Origin: Octopus bimaculoides
Taxonomy: Eukaryota
Length of the DNA: 64,000 bases
Assembly: GCF_001194135.2 (NCBI RefSeq)
Contig: NC_068983.1
Coordinates: 69,502,745-69,566,744, forward strand
Direction of reading: 5' to 3'
How positions within the stretch are numbered: the first letter of the stretch is position 1; each line of letters opens with the position of its first letter. Shown here one piece after another: positions 61,772 to 64,000 of the stretch. Below the pieces are notes generated by a model that was not told the DNA's origin, searched no databases, and was given only the letters and a program-made list of their open reading frames with translations. A program made the position numbers and the translations under genes.

Positions 61772-63324
61772 TGGTATATCAGCTGTCTTTATGTTCTGAG
61801 TTCAAATTCTGCCGAGGTCGGCTTTGCCTTTCATCCTTTCGGGGTCGATAAATTAAGTATCAGTTGCGTACTGGAATCGATCTAATCGATTGACCCCTCC
61901 CCAAAATTTCGAGCCTTATGCCTACCGTAGAAAAGAATATTGAGTAAATTGTAGAAGGTGGCGAGCTGGCAGAGTCGTTAGCACGCCAGGCAAAATGATG
62001 AAAGGCATTTCGTCCGTCTTTACGCCCTAAGTTCAAAATTCCACCGACGTCGACATTACCTTGCATCCATTCGGGTTAAATAAAATAAGCACCAGTTGAG
62101 CATTGATGTCAATGCAAACAACTAACCCCTTTTCCGAAATTGCTGGCCTTGTGCCAAAATTTGAAACCAATATCGAATAAATTGTTGCTTCCTATGTTGT
62201 AATAACAGAGAGGTCGTGAGTGAAAATCAAATGTAACTCATTCTACTTTCATATCGACTTCTCACTGTTCTGGTATTTATTTTGTACATGATACATACAT
62301 CTCTCTTGACTACCGCATTTGCTGTACAGAATAATTTACCAAATAACTCAATAGAAGTGTGTGATATAAGTACATATTGAATAATAACAGCTTCCAATCC
62401 ACTGTTTGTATTGACTGCAGTATTATCCAATGAGTAGTTGCTATTTTAACATGGTGGGATGTACTTTAAGGAAGATTTGGATGCTGTCTTTGGCTGATAG
62501 AACAACACCGAAAAGCAATGGTGGAGAACTTTGGAGTATTGGTAGCAAATTGCAAATACAAAAAAGGAAAAGAAAAATAAACTTGTGATGGCGCATATAT
62601 GCTTAGAAAAATAAGGAATCTTTAATTTCATAAATTCCTATAGTGCATATAAATCCATATTAATGTTTGCTTGAATTTCAGAAAGGGGGAACCGTTATCA
62701 TTATATACTGATATAGTAGAATTAGTGTCCTCTCTTTGGTTTCAGGCGTTGTACACTGTGGTGTTCTTCAGGCGTCTGACATATTCGGTAACATTCTCAA
62801 ATTTTCAAAATCCGAACCTTTTATGGAACCCACAGATGTTAATTGCTTCCATTCCGTTTTTCCTCATACTAGCGAGCATTCTCCAGTTAGTCATTATAAT
62901 TGTGACAACATTTGCACGTTCTACTCGAACAAGAGTATGTATAGTTTGACTGATATTGGGATTGAACTTATATTCACTTGCTAAACTACTTCGTGTGGCA
63001 CTTAATTAAAGCTTATGATCACTATTCACTACCCCATTTCCCCTTATAACAATTAAGTAGTGGAAATTAGGAGTTTTAACTTTTTTTATTTTATTCATGT
63101 ATTTATTTTATGGTCGTAGTTTTTAATAGCTTTTCTTAATTAAAGACTCTCATGTAATGTTAATCTTTTACAGTCACCTTATCTTCCAGTCTGGTTCCCT
63201 ATCATTTAATTAAAATGTTACAGTGCATTAATTAATCAGAAAGATTAATTATTTAAATACCAAAACACCAAAGATGTCACAAAATGTTTTACATTCAGGG
63301 GAACTTAAAAACATCTTAATGAGA

Positions 63325-63726
63325 AATTATTATTATTATTATTGAGTGAGAGAACTGCACACGCCATCAAAGTGACACTAGGATATAAATATACATTGCC
63401 CAATACACCCGTCATAACTACACGTCTGTTAAGGGTACACCAGACACATGCATCATAACCATATGTGCGCGATATGCTGACTGCATTTCAAGATAAACAG
63501 CGCATGACCTTGCAAGTGGGGTCCCAGTTAGAATTTTCTTCAGGTCGTGTAGCCCATTCTGCTAAAAAGGCACCTAAATAAGAATTGTTTAAAGATGATG
63601 AACAAAACACCCATGTTTCCAGGGGTGAATTATTCAAACCTCAAAGAATTCCTCTCAATACGTGGCTATGATGCTCTTTCACTACTTCTGCTTGTGATCA
63701 GAGATGCACATATTGTCAGCCACTAA
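63325..63726 (-). mobile_element. LINE-like 3' end with (AAT)n tail, family not assigned
   Basis: GC-richer block abutting attattattatt, which would be an AAT tail on the minus strand. Resembles an abundant octopus repeat from memory. Confidence 0.45.
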
Positions 63727-64000
63727 AGGACATGCTCATGTGGAGGGGACGCGTTCCAATGGTCAGGCGGGCAGTCTGTTGCCAGCATCCTCTGAGTGTC
63801 GGATTAGGTATGCCGTGGCTCCTAATGCGCAGACACGCTCTTAGGTTACGCCACCTGCGTGTGTGGGCTCCGTTTGTGAGGCTCGTCTTTCCGCAGCTCG
63901 TCTCCTTGACGGAGCTGCAGTCCTGGGTGAAGAAAAGACCGAGACTGGGCGCCTGACACCTAGAATGACGGCAAGCGCTCAGAACCCTCTACAAGTCGGG
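63727..64000 (+). mobile_element. Second, diverged Tx1-clade fragment running off the window
   Basis: LMWRGRVPMVRRAVCCQHPLSVGLGMPWLLMRRHALRLRHL aligns with FLWKGRSLLVKRSVCCQKPLKGGLGMPWLIMRRYVLKLRHL at about 60.6-60.7 kb. Confidence 0.9.

Overview
AT-rich animal genomic scaffold with 11 N-gaps. It is very probably an octopus (coleoid cephalopod), inferred from its tRNA-derived SINE and RTE repeat families as I recall them, not database-checked. One protein-coding gene is well supported: RIO kinase 3 (RIOK3), + strand, 11 coding exons from ATG 17731 to TAA 39210. All introns are GT-AG with consistent phases, the CDS is 1743 nt (580 aa), and the kinase motifs are intact. The rest is introns and intergenic DNA full of mobile-element debris: SINEs, RTE, Tx1/L1 and R4-type LINE fragments, a Gypsy integrase plus LTR, a full-length decayed mariner, mariner/pogo/piggyBac MITEs, non-autonomous Helitrons, foldback elements, micro- and minisatellites, and one decayed initiator tRNA-Met copy. 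There is no CRISPR array, rRNA or prokaryotic system, and I cannot confirm a wholly new biological system. Best leads, all unverified: (1) a SINE and a Tx1-type LINE share a 3' tail; (2) a frame-shifting 26-nt microexon candidate in RIOK3 intron 1; (3) possible unannotated minus-strand genes on both sides of RIOK3, including two diverged paralogous coding-like segments near 46.3 and 47.8 kb; (4) several long near-perfect hairpins that could be dsRNA substrates. All coordinates were counted by hand; repeat boundaries are approximate.
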